Shown one piece after another: positions 23,440 through 35,371 of a stretch of DNA of 64,000 bases. The DNA is from Chlorokybus atmophyticus (lineage: Eukaryota; Plantae; Mesostigma and Chlorokybus algae), in assembly GCA_009103225.1 (NCBI GenBank), contig RHPI01001831.1, positions 13,102-77,101 on the forward strand, given 5' to 3'. How positions within the stretch are numbered: position 1 is the stretch's first letter; every line of letters begins with the position of its first letter. The notes beneath the pieces are model-generated. The model saw only the letters and a list, made by a program, of their open reading frames with translations, did not search any database and was not told the origin of the DNA. Position numbers and translations under genes: made by a program.

Positions 23440-24870
23440 TGAAACCGCTTAAAATCTTCTCAAGAGTTATAGACATGATAAAGGGCTTTGCAGTTATTTG
23501 CATGAACTTGATCGTGATGATAGCAGCGCTGGGTGACTCCATGAGCCATCAAAAGAACTTTGACCTGCACCGCTGTTTCCAGGACCTGAAGCAGCGGACG
23601 TTGAAATGCTGTGCAACAGGAGGGTTGCATGTGAGTGCTATTAGCTCTCTGCAGCCGCTACAAAGAGCTGAGCTGTGAGTGTTATAACTAACATACTTGC
23701 ATGAGGTGCATGATGTGTGGTGCTAACATAAACGGGGTGATGCCACGCCATGGCAATTGGTGGTCGACGCGAGCTTTCTTCAGAAGGTCAGGGTTCATGC
23801 GGGACGAATGCCCATGGAGCAGGAGCAGCACAGGTTGATTAACACTGCAGCCTCTTGGTGTGTGGTCGACGAAGAATTGGTCCACTCAGCGAAGATGTTC
23901 AAGGTCATGTATGTTCTTTACATCCTCATTATGTTACTTGGTGGTGCCTCCTGTATATAGTTGTCTGTAAGCTGCTTACTATTGAGGATGTACAAGGGTG
24001 GCATGGCTTACCCTGCAGCGTTCACACACTCCATCACAAACATGTGCTCCCTAATGCCAACTCGATTGTAATAAGGGTTCTTGTAACCCTTCTTGCATAT
24101 ACATAACAGTCACCGTTCCTGCAAGGTGAGGGTAAGATGTCAGCAAGGCCAACGATCATTAAGCATACTGTGGTTGACAGACCCTCCAGGAGGACTGACC
24201 CAAGTTGTCTGGCTCAAAGCTAGTTTCATTTACGTTATATACGCGATACGAAGGGTCTCGAATGTCAAGCTCCTCCAGCGGTAACTTTTGAGCATACAAG
24301 TTAAGAAATGACTTCACGTTGTCATGCGTGAATGCTTGCCACCTTCTCATGTCTAACCCTTCTGCAACACGTGTTGCCAATTGGTGTATTTACAGTCTCA
24401 ACCACTTGTTCCCATTACAACCAGATGCTTTAAAGCGCTTGTTGCAATCATCATTAAGACTCCGCATCGTCTCAATGTGTGGGACAGCCTTCTCCCCCGG
24501 ACCCGTACACACAAAAATACTATAATACATGCGTCATATTGTTGAACACACATGCACACCCACACAGTTGCACACATGCACGCACCATTAAAAACAAGGC
24601 AGGCCTGGTGACATCATAGATTGTTTGGACATCCACTGGACCCACGTGTATATGACTAACTCTTCTTCCTCTACTTTTGTCAGCACAAGTTGTCTTCCGA
24701 CTCTGAAAACAACTTGTGAAAGTGTTAAAACTGCGAGGGACTTGCTGCTTGTCCGAGATAGTAGTTATATAAGGTGGACAATGCCATGCTGCTCCGCTGC
24801 CTCCCTGATGATTGCCCCAACCTTTACGTCATCTACAACCACATCCGTTTTCAAGGGTTTGGGTTAGGGT
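23440..24870 (-). pseudogene. pogo/Tc5 (DDE_1) transposase relic 1
   Basis: IREAAEQHGI (psq-like HTH), GRQLVLTKVEEEELV, RVYNVNETSF, PVLLLLHGHSSR, QHFNVRCFRSWK, SGFRKT; stops present and catalytic D positions degenerate. Confidence 0.8.
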
Positions 24871-25821
24871 TTATGATTATGCCACGGCCATTGTGATCAA
24901 TGTAGCGCATGCCGGCGCGCTTGGTAAGTCCCACAACCTGCCCTAAAGCCCTCTTGCTGCGATGCCTGAGCCTTTTAAGCATGCACGGTGCTGAAGGTGT
25001 GTTGGTGGAGCACATGCTCTCATGAGGGGTAGACTCCACACACACACGCAGTCAGGCTATGGGTTGATAATGATAAGACACCCCCTCAGCCCTTAGTCTG
25101 ACTGCACATCAGGCTAATGCTAGTCATGCATGAAGAATGCAGAGTATAGGCGCTAGGAACATAGCATGCAATGCAGCCAGCAACAAGGCATTGTGTGAAC
25201 GTGCCATGGATATATGTGTGCGCAGCCTTGCATGTAATGCCGGTTAATGTGGCATAGGCTAAGAAGGGCTTATGAAGCAGTAATAAGCAATACACAACCT
25301 CTCATGGTAGCGACCATGGCCTAGTCGGCTACTAGCCTATGTAACGCGGGGCTTACTAAGCCCCGCGCTACTTTGGTAAGCGGAGCTCTCATGGTCGCGG
25401 GATCAAATCCCACTGGGCGCAAAATGCGCGCGAGTGGTAGTTTGTCGGCGACCGTCGGAAACGATCAAAGGCAGTTGGTATGATCGGTTAACAATAAACT
25501 GTGAGGTGAAGTTGAATGAGAGGGTCTTTACACCTAAGGTACGAGCCTCGCGGTTATCAGACGTGGCGGCGCTTTTCGTTCTAACCTAACAGAGGCACCG
25601 GTTACACTAGTCGATTAGGCCGCCGGTTAGCATCGAGCTGCTTAACCTCGATGCCAGCGTGGCTATTCGTCTACGATGCATTGCAATGCATATCAACTTT
25701 TCCTAAACCACCTCTCGAGCGGCTTTAGAAAATGTTAAGGGGGCCGCGGCAATTGCGATCGCGTCTGAGTGGACGACAAAGATTGAGCTGATACTCGCGC
25801 CTTTTGTCGTTTATTTCAAAC

Positions 25822-28227
25822 ATGCCGGCGCTGGGGGTTCAGAAGGACTGCGACGGCGGAGATGGCAGGGCAGGCGGCGGTGGTGGTGGAGGCGGTGGCA
25901 TTGCGAGGTGGTTTGTTGTGTTGCTTGCTATGGACGCTCAGCACTGCAAGCTAGTCAGCCCACTGCTGCACCAGGTAGACTGCATTATGCTGCGTCCACG
26001 TCACCGGATGTAACCCTTGATGGCTATTAGGCGCAGCGAGCGCATGAGCTACTGCAGCACATCCCTCCCAACCCAGCCACAGGACCTCGTCTGGTGCAGG
26101 TGTGATTGCATGTGCGTGCAAGCGTGCGTGCGTGTGTGTTCATGCGTATGTGTGTGTGTGTTTGTGCATGTGTGCGTGCGCGCATGCGTGCATGCGTGAG
26201 TGTGATTGCATATGTGTGTCTGTGTGTGTGCGTGTGTGTGAGAGTGCGATTGCATATGTGAGTGCGTGCGTGTATGTGCAGTGCAGTGCAGTGCAGTGCA
26301 GTCGAGTGCAGTGCAGTGCAGTGTGTGCGTGCGTGCGTGAGTGTGATTGCATATGTGTGTCTGTGTGTCTGTGTGTGTGCGTGTGTGTGAGAGTGCGATT
26401 GCATATGTGAGTGCGTGCATGTATGTGCAGTGCATGCGTGCGTGCATAAGTGTGATTGCATATGTGTGTCTGTGTGTGTGCGTGTGTGTGAGAGTGCGAT
26501 TGCATATGTGAGTGCGTGCGTGTATGTGCAGTGCAGTGCAGTGCAGTGAGAGTGTGATTGCATATGTGTGTCTGTGTGTGTGCGTGTGTGTGAGAGTGCG
26601 ATTGCATATGTGAGCGCAAGCGTGTATGTGCAGTGCAGTGCAGTGCAGTGCAGTGCAGTCAGTGCGTGCGTGCGAGAGTGTGATTGTACTTGTGAGTGTG
26701 TGCGTGTGTGTGAGAGTATAGTTGCAGATGTGAGTGCGTGCGTGTGTGTGTGAGTGTGATTGCATGCATGTGTGCGTAGTTCAGTTCATGCATCACTCAG
26801 TGGCGTGATTGTGATCTGCAGATGAGTCCATCCCAGCACCCGCGATGTCTAGGCCAGAAGCACGCCCCGACTCGCCACCCAGCACCGTGCCGACTGAGCC
26901 CACTCCGGCTCAAGAGTCCCCGGGGCACTCCAAAACTGCCCCAGTGCATTGCCTAACGCCTGAGCATGGTGCGCGAAGTGCCCCTTCCAAGAAGAAGAAG
27001 ACCACGCCTGCAGCAGCAGGTACACGTGTGTGCACAGACTGGATGAGCTTGCGTGCTGCATGCATGTGCCAGAATGTGCACGTGTGCACAGTGCGAGTAT
27101 GCTTGTGTGCTGTGCTGTATGTGTGTGTAGAGTCAAGCAATCCGTGCATGTGTGTGCATGGTGATACAATAACTGTGCGTGTGTGTGCACAGTCAAACTC
27201 TGCTAGCGTGCATGTGTGTGCACACTCACAGCACCTGCATGCACGTGCACAGTCAGTGTTGAAGTTTGTACATGTGCATGGCTAGAGGCTGTGCGCGTGC
27301 AGGTGTGTAGAATGATAGTAGGTGCTTGCATCACTGCCTGGCGTATACTGTGCAGGCAAAAAGCGTGCAGGGACGTGGAGTGCAGCGGAGAGCGTTTGGT
27401 TAATTGCTGCACACAAGGAGTCCCACGAGAAGTGGGCCACCGGCGTCTACCAAGCAAGCAAGAACAAGACCTTGATGTGGAAGGAGATCGCAGCAGCTGC
27501 ATCCAAGCTTGCCGAGGCAGCCAATGGGGTGTTCGAGCGCACACCCACCCGTGCGATGATAGGTCAGCCACTTGCTGGTTGTAGTGTGCATGTGAACGTA
27601 TGTATGCAGCCAGGGTTCGTGTATGTGAGTGGGTCGTGCGCCTTGCTAACATGTGCATGGGCTACAGGTGGAGCAACATGAGATTGCAATACTATGAGAT
27701 CCGTCGCTTTGCTAGGCGGTCAGGCGCACCCGACTACTACTTCAGCCTTGAGGTAGATCACAAGAAGGAGTGGGAAGTGCCCAACAACTTGCTGGGCAAC
27801 AACATCCGTGTGTACGAGTTGATGGAGGACGCGTTGGGCAGCACCGCAGCTGCAGAGCCACCTCTTTCACCGCCGGGGGAGGCGAGCAGGAGCCATCAAA
27901 GACTTGCCAAGGTATGTCCATGTTGTCAAGCAAGGCTGTGTCACACTTGGCAATTACTGCATGCTTACGTTGTGCTATTCTGGTAGATGAGACTGCTGGC
28001 ACCACGGGTAAGAAGCGCAAGGCCAAGGTCTCTTCCATCAGTGACGTGATCAACCGCCAGTGTGAGCAGCAGGAACGCATGGCAGCGGAGCGCGCCGAAA
28101 AGGAGGCAGCTGCCAAGTAGGTAGAGCTAGCAGCACTCAAGGAAGAGGGGGATAAGCAGTGCTCAGCTATCCTAGGTCTAGGAAAAATGCTGAGTGAGGC
28201 TATTATGACATTGCGTTCCGCTTGAGG
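25822..28227 (+). pseudogene. Harbinger Myb/SANT-like DNA-binding protein gene (spliced, one in-frame TAG near 28117)
   Basis: Exon 27357-27561 KKRAGTWSAAESVWLIAAHKE..KTLMWKEIAA, continuing WSNMRLQYYEIRR; GT-AG sites in phase for the downstream exons; 5' exons uncertain. Confidence 0.75.
26100..26770. repeat. Intronic minisatellite (~80-125-bp units) with embedded (GTGCA)n
   Basis: Recurrent GAGTGTGATTGCATATGTGTGTCTGTGTGTGTGCGTGTGTGTGAGAGTGCGATTGCATATGTGAG. Confidence 0.9.
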
Positions 28228-28329
28228 GCATGTTGTAGCCAAATCATGCATTATGTTTATATAGCAGGGAACAATGATACAAGTAGGGTTAGTATTGTAA
28301 TGTGATAGCAATTCTTACTACATGAATTG

Positions 28330-29665
28330 TTACGCTAGTAGGTCTCTGACCAAGCTATCACTGTTGTCCAGGTTGTCATTGTCTGCTGTAGCATGAAGGG
28401 ACATGTCTCTATCAGCATCCAGCACATAGTCCAAAGGCTCCTCCCCTGCTATAACACAGAAGTTGTGAAGTACACAACATGCACTAATAACATAAGGCGC
28501 AGATAACATGTCGCTACTGATAGTATCCTTCAAAATGCGCCACCTGCTTTTTAGCACCCCGAACGCTCGTTCAACAGCCATGCATGCGAACGAGTGGCGG
28601 AAATTAGAAAAACGCTGCCACTCAGGTGAAGCATCACGCTGTCCAGGGTAGAGCACGATCAGGTGTTGAGTTAACGGATATGCAGCATCACCGAAAATGT
28701 AAGGGGTCACACGATCACCAAAGTTGTGTCAGGATGGGCTCTTGCATGGTGGTCTTGTCTTGGTAGATGGATCGATACAACCCGGAACTGCTGAACACCC
28801 TTGCATCATGCACACTGCCGGGCCAGGCGATGTCGATATGGGTGAAATGCAGGTCGTAATCAACCACGGCCTGCAGCACGCATGCAATTTTATGTACGAC
28901 ACAACTTGTGGCGACACAATGCATGGGTCATACTTGCACAGGTTGCATGAATTGGTACGGGCTTACGTGAAAGATGATGGAGTAGCTGCCTTTGCGGTTG
29001 AAGTAATCAGCAGAATGTGGAGTAGTCGGCTTTTTGATCATAATGTGATGGCCATTTATGGCGTCTACGCAGCCTGGGAACCCTTTGCCCTCCCAACGCG
29101 CCATCACTTGCCTCAAGCGCGCACCCTCCGGCCATGCTATTAAGGCACGCAGCTCTGCATTGACAACTTGCCCAAACTGCTCACAAATCTGGCAAGCACT
29201 AGCAGTGCTTACGCCCATCAACTCACCTAGCACATGATAAGGGGTACCATGTCCAAGCCTATGCAATCCTATGGCAACCCGCTTATGCAAAGGTATCGCT
29301 TCTCCAAAGCGTGTGTCGGTTTAACAGAACTCAATGTTAGATATACCTGGCACAATGCATTGAACGAAACTGCACTCAAATGAAAGTGAGTGTTCCACAT
29401 AGCGTCAGGCCGATGTACAGACACGACTCTATCCAACCACGCTTGTTTCCGCGGAAAGCAATACCAAATGCTGAAATGCTCTCACATCGTAGCAACAGCC
29501 GCCCATGCAGTGCTTGTGGAGTGCATGTCCTCTCCATCTGCTGGCAATGATAGCCAACGCTGACGCCGCTTGGTGACTGGTCAACGCCTGCCTGATTGTG
29601 GCGATCAGCGCCCCAATAATGGCCAGTAACATGCCTCGCATTACTGCTGCTGCTGGAGCATCCAT
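28330..29665 (-). pseudogene. Harbinger DDE transposase, inactivated
   Basis: AIPLHKRVAIGLHRLGHG, GFPGCVDAINGHH (first catalytic D appears as N), NRKGSYS, WPGSVHDARVF, FGDAAYPL, VERAFGVLKSRWRIL; frameshift and stops near 29300-29450. Confidence 0.92.
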
Positions 29666-31140
29666 TGCGACTCTGCACACACAAAAGCTAATTGGACTAA
29701 CTGAACAGCAACACACGCACACGCACAGGTCGGCTCTGCACACACATGCATATGCCAACTCCCACTGTGCATGCGCGAGCACGCCCCCCCNCCCACACAC
29801 AGTCTTTACGCTCACACACACGCACTCACTCGGCACACACATGCAAACACACGCACGGAGTCCGTCTCTGCACACACTGAGAACCAACACACACTGGCAC
29901 ATACATGCACGCTGACTCTGATTCTGCACACACGACAAATCCAGCGCTCACGCACACATATGGACACGTACACATGCCTACCTGCCGTCGCCGACTTGCA
30001 AGCAGCTGCCCCCACTCACATGCTGCCCCCGGCCGCCGCCGCCGCCACCCACCACGCCGCCTTCCAGGCCGCCTCGGCCGCCTCGGCCGCCTCCAATGTG
30101 AGCAAACCCTACACTACTATCGCGGGAAATGATATAAACTTTTGTTAATCTGACTGCCAAAAACATAGTCTGAACCCGGCAGTAAGATTAAGGGGGACGA
30201 TTGCTTAACCTGTGCTAACGTGGCAAGGTTAGGCGCTGCTAACCTTCGCACCTTTAACCTTAGATGTAAAGACCCTCTCAGAGTCGGCGCAGTCAAGGCA
30301 GGGTCGCGCCTGCGTGCGGCAACGTAGCAAGTCGCCGCGGATAAATACGCGACATGACCGGTTATGGCTGGACGCGAGCAAGCCGTGCCGGTCAAAAAGG
30401 ACCAAGATGTGCAGGTAAAATCGCCGTAAAAGGCAGGTTGAATGTAATGGTTAATGTGGCATATGTTAAGAAGGGCTTACGAAGCATTAATAAGCAAAAC
30501 ACAACCTCTCATGGTAGCGATTTTCGGTTGTGGACTAGTCGGTTGAGCCCCGTGTTACATGGCACGTGCATGCCTCGTCACTTTAAGAAAACCATTCTGT
30601 GTTCACTGCTGCGCGTGTAACCACCATGTCACTCAAAGCATACCTGGTACATTCAGTGTGACTGCTAACACCTCCCCCTCTTCCAAAACACCTTTTACCC
30701 CCTCACACAACATAATGTACTGCAATTGCACTCGCATTTATGGCAACCAACCCTATTTCGGATGGCTCAAATCCAACCCACGGATTGCCGGCATTAGATT
30801 ACGATTATGAAGATGAATTTAAATACACCAAGTTATGGGCATCTAGAACACAACCATGGCTACACTTGGAGCATGAGCACTGCCCAATAATTAACCAAAC
30901 TTTGTTGATATAGATATATAGTTAAAAGTCAATCCAACCATGCACGCACAATTGCCACCCACTGCTTGACAGGCTCCAATAGAGTTAATTCCCAACAGAA
31001 TGAGCTGCACTTACATTTTCAATTGTTAACACCATTGGTCCCATGGATAACACCTACACACCGTATAATACCATTAGCCGCCAACACAGTGTACTAGGCA
31101 CGTCAAAGTAGGCTGTAGCAGATATTGTCCAAAAATGGGC

Positions 31141-31662
31141 TGTTGAAATCTGGACAAACTACCACATTTGCATGGAGCTGGTGCAAGCACTGATACACAC
31201 ACATGCTAAACCATGAGCATAAGCACGCACAACAAGCTTTTATTACCATGAGTTCACGGGCTTTTGTACCTCGCAAGTTTCTACACACGTTTACTCCAGC
31301 AAGCACCACGTAAGCTTTACTCAGCTATACTGAGCTAAATGCGGCGCTGTAAGTCTTGACACATAGCTAGCTTCACACGCTTTCCAGCAAGCCATGCCAC
31401 GCGCCATCAGACCAATACACACGGAGTTCTTGCCATCCTTCTGGAACTCTGAGCTGCGCTAGACTTAGCCAAGTCCGGGGTCTTCGGGCTTGCTCACACT
31501 CCGTTGCACACTGTCCAGATATCTGCCATTGGACTTACAACTGCTCAATATCAATCCTTTTACCATAACCACTAGTACACTAAGGACTTAGCCATGTTAG
31601 GCTGACCGAACTTGTCCATGATATGCACTCAACAGTGCAACTATGCAAGCCAACTTCCAACA
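31141..31662 (-). mobile_element. Copia-family solo LTR
   Basis: TGTTG..CAACA termini, 5-bp TSD TGGGC (31136-31140 and 31663-31667); its reverse complement shares GGCAAGAACTCCGTGTGT and GCTGAGTA.AGCT.ACG.GGTGCTTG with LTR 10674-11180. Confidence 0.9.
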
Positions 31663-33317
31663 TGGGCATTTGTCCAAATCTGGTACGTTTACCCTAAATG
31701 CAACCTCAACGCTTACCAAAGTCATCATGATGTTTCATCTTGCATGTTGTTGTGCTCAAGAACCTTACATAATAGACACAAGAGCTGCGCAAAGCACACT
31801 ATATCAGATAGAAATGAATGTGTGCACAGCAGCAAGCACATCAACCAGCACAGAAAACACACTCAATTAGGCAAGGGCTAAGGCAGAGCTATCCAACACA
31901 ACGCCAACACTTAGACTAGCTATGACACCTGTTGAGGCAAACAACTTTTGAGTTGCACCAGAAGTTATAATTATAATGCTGTGACTTACCTAACTGGCAG
32001 TTAGAACTGATGATTGTCGCTGGAGGGTTGTGGGGTGATTAGCAGTAGCAGAAATTGTGGCTTAAGCTACAATCCCGACAGTATAGGAAACCCGTATGGC
32101 AATTTGTTGTAAATTAGACCATAAGAGGGCAACATAAGCTTTTCGGCCGGATGTTGTGAATGTAATTTTAAGAGAAATATGTTAATGCAGGGAGTGTATA
32201 AGCGACTTGCCTATCTGTGGCTTCGTGCATATTATTTGCCTTCAATCACGTTTCTTCAATAAAGACGCGCGTGATTAAAAATGCAGCACGCTTGTGACGA
32301 TCGAATGTTTTGATAGTTGCGCGACACACTGCTGAGCAGCGTTGATGATAAACACCACAACGAATAAAACAACAAACAAAGCCAAGCTCTAGCATCACAT
32401 TAAACTTCATTTCATTTCATTGTTTTTAACCCTAGCATGAGGCAACCCTGGTGAGCCTCACTATGCTGGCAGCACAATGAATCATTAATAATGATGGGTT
32501 GCCTTCGAGAACCCATCACACAGCCTCAGTTGCACAATCATCACCATCTCCCACCGCAGACTTTCAACCCTCACTCTCGCCTAGGTTGTATGCTCGTCAG
32601 CAGCGTTTCAGGGGTGCGCGGGGCAGGCGGGCGGTGGTAACGCTTGTGTTGTTGCGGTGGTGGTCAAACGCGTGGGTGTGTCAGGTGTTGTAACGAGGAG
32701 TGTCTGGTCGCTGTGTGTAGCAGCCGTAAGTTGCTGTAAGGTTGGTGTGGTTGCTGCCTTGGGAGCGGCATCTTGTTACCCGCAACTACAGTGCGTCGGT
32801 TGGCGGAGGGTGCCAGCTACGAGAGGAGGCAGCCGAGGCGGGACAAGGTGATAGCTGCAGCTGCTTGCAAGCAGGTTTCGCTTTGCCTGCACTTGTGGCG
32901 ATATGCGCACGTTGTCTGTATTTGTGTGTGTACACATCAACAGAGTGATGCTGTGCCAGTATACCAGCTGCGTTGTAGCTATTATGGCACCACTATCATC
33001 GCACATGTTGACTGTGGTGAAGGACCGTCGCCAGGAGAATGCATGAAGCACCCTACAGTTGCTCAGCTTGGCTTGTAGGTCTTTCCCGCCTTCCGCTCAC
33101 TCTGGCTGAACTATCAGATTATCAAACTATCATCGCAGACTAGCAGATCTCCAGACTATTAGAGAAATATCGCACCAGTATCATCAGCACGCGTTGACTG
33201 TGAGAAAGGGCATCGTCTCTAGGACAACGCATGAAGCACTTGACAGTCGCTCAGCTTGCCTGTAGGTCTGGCCCGCCTTCAGCTCACACTCTTAATCTGC
33301 TTGGCAGCACCAACACA

Positions 33318-34981
33318 ATGCAAGTACCACCGCCAAAACCACCAAGCCTTGAACGGCTGACGGGCCATGGCAACGAAGTTGTAGTCAAGTATGCCCGCTT
33401 GGCTATGGTTGCATTGACTACTCTGTCATTGGACGTGCTTCCTGACAACCCTGCAACGGACTTGCCTGCAACAGAACTGTTGGACAAATTACGGGAACAT
33501 CATTTGCAGCTGCTAGATGACAGCCCAAGCCGTGCTAGTCTGCGCGACATTGTGCGCAACCTTGTGTTTGCAACAAGGCTGGCGGACTTGACAGAGTTTA
33601 GCGCAGTCCAGCGCTTGGGAGATGCTACCGTCGTTGACCAGCAAGTGGAAGAAGATGTTGGGGACGATGTGCAAGGTGTCACATGTGCGCCTGCTGGTGC
33701 GCCCACTGCACAAGCTGAGGTGTGCCAATTTTCCGTTTTCTTTTTTTTCCGATTTCTCGTATTTGTTTTGTGACCATCTGTGCAATGCTTCTCCTAGTGC
33801 TTGATGCTGGCGTTGTCCTCTTGACTAGAAAGCTGCTGCTCACTAAGCTTGGGAAACGCTCTTGTTGTTGATCAGCAGGTTGGGGAAGGTGTCGGGCATG
33901 ATGTGCAAGGTGTTGAACGCGCGCCTGCTGGTGCTCCCAGCACTGCACACGCTGAGGTGTGTTAGCTAGTCTCTGTGCATTGTTCTGATTTGACTCGTCC
34001 TAGTACTCAATGCTAGAGATGTCTCAACTAGCAATCCAGTGCTCACTAAATCGTGTGTCAACTCAAACAATTTACAACTTGTGACCTGGTGTGCAGGAGT
34101 CTTGTCAGCAAGCTGAGTTGAAAGCAACAAGGCATGTGGTCGGCAGCTTCAAGCGCCTAGGCGCCGGCAGCTTTGCCACTGTGTTTGCTAGTGAACACTA
34201 CGGTGCTGGTGTTATCAAGCAAGTCCACGATCCAGCACAGGCCATGACGATCTTGCAGGAGCACAGAGATCTCGAGCTGATTGCCGCCATATGCAAGACC
34301 CGAGAGCATCTGTTCCACGTGCCTCAGCCATATGGCGGCTACAACAGCTATCGTAGCCTTGTGAAAGCCATGAACATTCCTCAACACCTTGACTTGGGGC
34401 TGTCACCTCATGCACTGTACGTGATGCAGCGCATGTGGCCGGTGCCACTGAACTTCGGCTTTGCAATCCGTGAGAAGTATTTCCCTGAGGCTGAGAAGCA
34501 GAAACCTTTGCCAGCATTCTTGGCGCGCCTATATCTAGGCAGAGCAAAGAGCCAAGCCAGCAGACGGTTTTTCAGCTGTGAGAATTTTCCTCTTACTGCC
34601 GATCGCATTGAAGGACTGGGCTTGCCGGCAGCTAGGATTGCTGCAGGCATGGGTCAGCTGCTGTCGTGCATCAATTTTGAGGTTGGTCGAGACGGACGCG
34701 ACATCGAGTTTGTCTTGTGCAGCAATCCCAACAATCCCTTCAGCACAGAGCCTTGGTACGGTTGCATCGACTTCAATCAGCTGCGGGCGCACAGTGATGA
34801 CGTTGATGTCATTGTGGAGAGCATCACAATCAACGATCCCTATTATCCAAGGCCTACATCACCTTACTGGCAAGACTTTTGTTGTGCATATCTTGCTGGT
34901 GCCTTCCAAGTCTCTTCGCCAGCTGGCAACTTGGCCACTGCCGTGATCAACAAGCTGATGGAGCGCTGGGGTGGGAAGTAA
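33318..34981 (+). CDS. Atypical protein-kinase-like (DUF3669-like) gene, paralogue 2; apparently intact
   Basis: Exon 33318-33719 (MQVPPPKPPSLERLTGHGNEVV..PATELLDKLR..TAQAE|GT) joins in phase 0 to 34097-34981 (GAGSFATVF, VIKQV, DGRDIEFV, CIDFNQ, NDPYYPRP); one extra module at ~33850-33956. Confidence 0.8.
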
Positions 34982-35068
34982 CATGAAGGTGCGCAACCTG
35001 GCCTTGCCATCAACACGTAATGCGCTTGTTCAAACCAATCTGGCTGCCCTTCTTGGGAGCAAGGGGGG

Positions 35069-35371
35069 TATACCTGGCACAATGCATTGAACGAAACTGC
35101 ACTCAAATGAAAGTGAGTGTTCCACATAGCGTCAGGCCGATGTACAGACACGACTCTATCCAACCACGCTTGTTTCCGCGGAAAGCAATACCAAATGCTG
35201 AAATGCTCTCACATCGTAGCAACAGCCGCCCATGCAGTGCTTGTGGAGTGCATGTCCTCTCCATCTGCTGGCAATGATAGCCAACGCTGACGCCGCTTGG
35301 TGACTGGTCAACGCCTGCCTGATTGTGGCGATCAGCGCCCCAATAATGGCCAGTAACATGCCTCGCATTAC
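35069..35371 (-). repeat. 303-bp copy of Harbinger transposase sequence 29342-29644, ending at an N
   Basis: No differences seen by eye; N at 35372. Confidence 0.9.

Larger units (their letters stand above)
25517..30280. mobile_element. PIF/Harbinger DNA transposon (4.76 kb), two convergent genes, inactive
   Basis: 24-bp TIR TGAGAGGGTCTTTACACCTAAGGT / ACCTTAGATGTAAAGACCCTCTCA (1 mismatch), enclosing a Myb/SANT gene and a DDE_Tnp_4-type gene; no perfect 3-bp TSD. Confidence 0.88.
25340..30559. mobile_element. Putative solo-LTR-like element (~450 bp) split by the Harbinger insertion
   Basis: Ends TGTAACGCGGGGCT (25340) and AGCCCCGTGTTACA (30559) form a 14-bp inverted repeat with 1 mismatch; no matching TSD. 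Confidence 0.45.

Noticed and set aside
24855-24875. Telomere-like TTAGGG motifs (also ~56087)
   Set aside because: Only one or two imperfect units; not an array.
26100-26770. CRISPR-like repeat array
   Set aside because: The spacers are not unique; it is a low-complexity intronic minisatellite in a eukaryotic gene.
28110-28125. TAA/TAG read as Gln (as in some ulvophytes), suggested by in-frame TAR codons here and at ~7370
   Set aside because: Intact genes end naturally at TAG (42929, 54113) and TAA (34981), and no conserved host exon contains an internal TAR; C-to-T decay in dead elements explains these stops.
30760-31140. Degenerate plus-strand reading frame (ALDYDYEDEFKYTKLW..) interrupted by a solo LTR
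   Set aside because: Multiple stops and no family I can recognise; not supportable as a feature.
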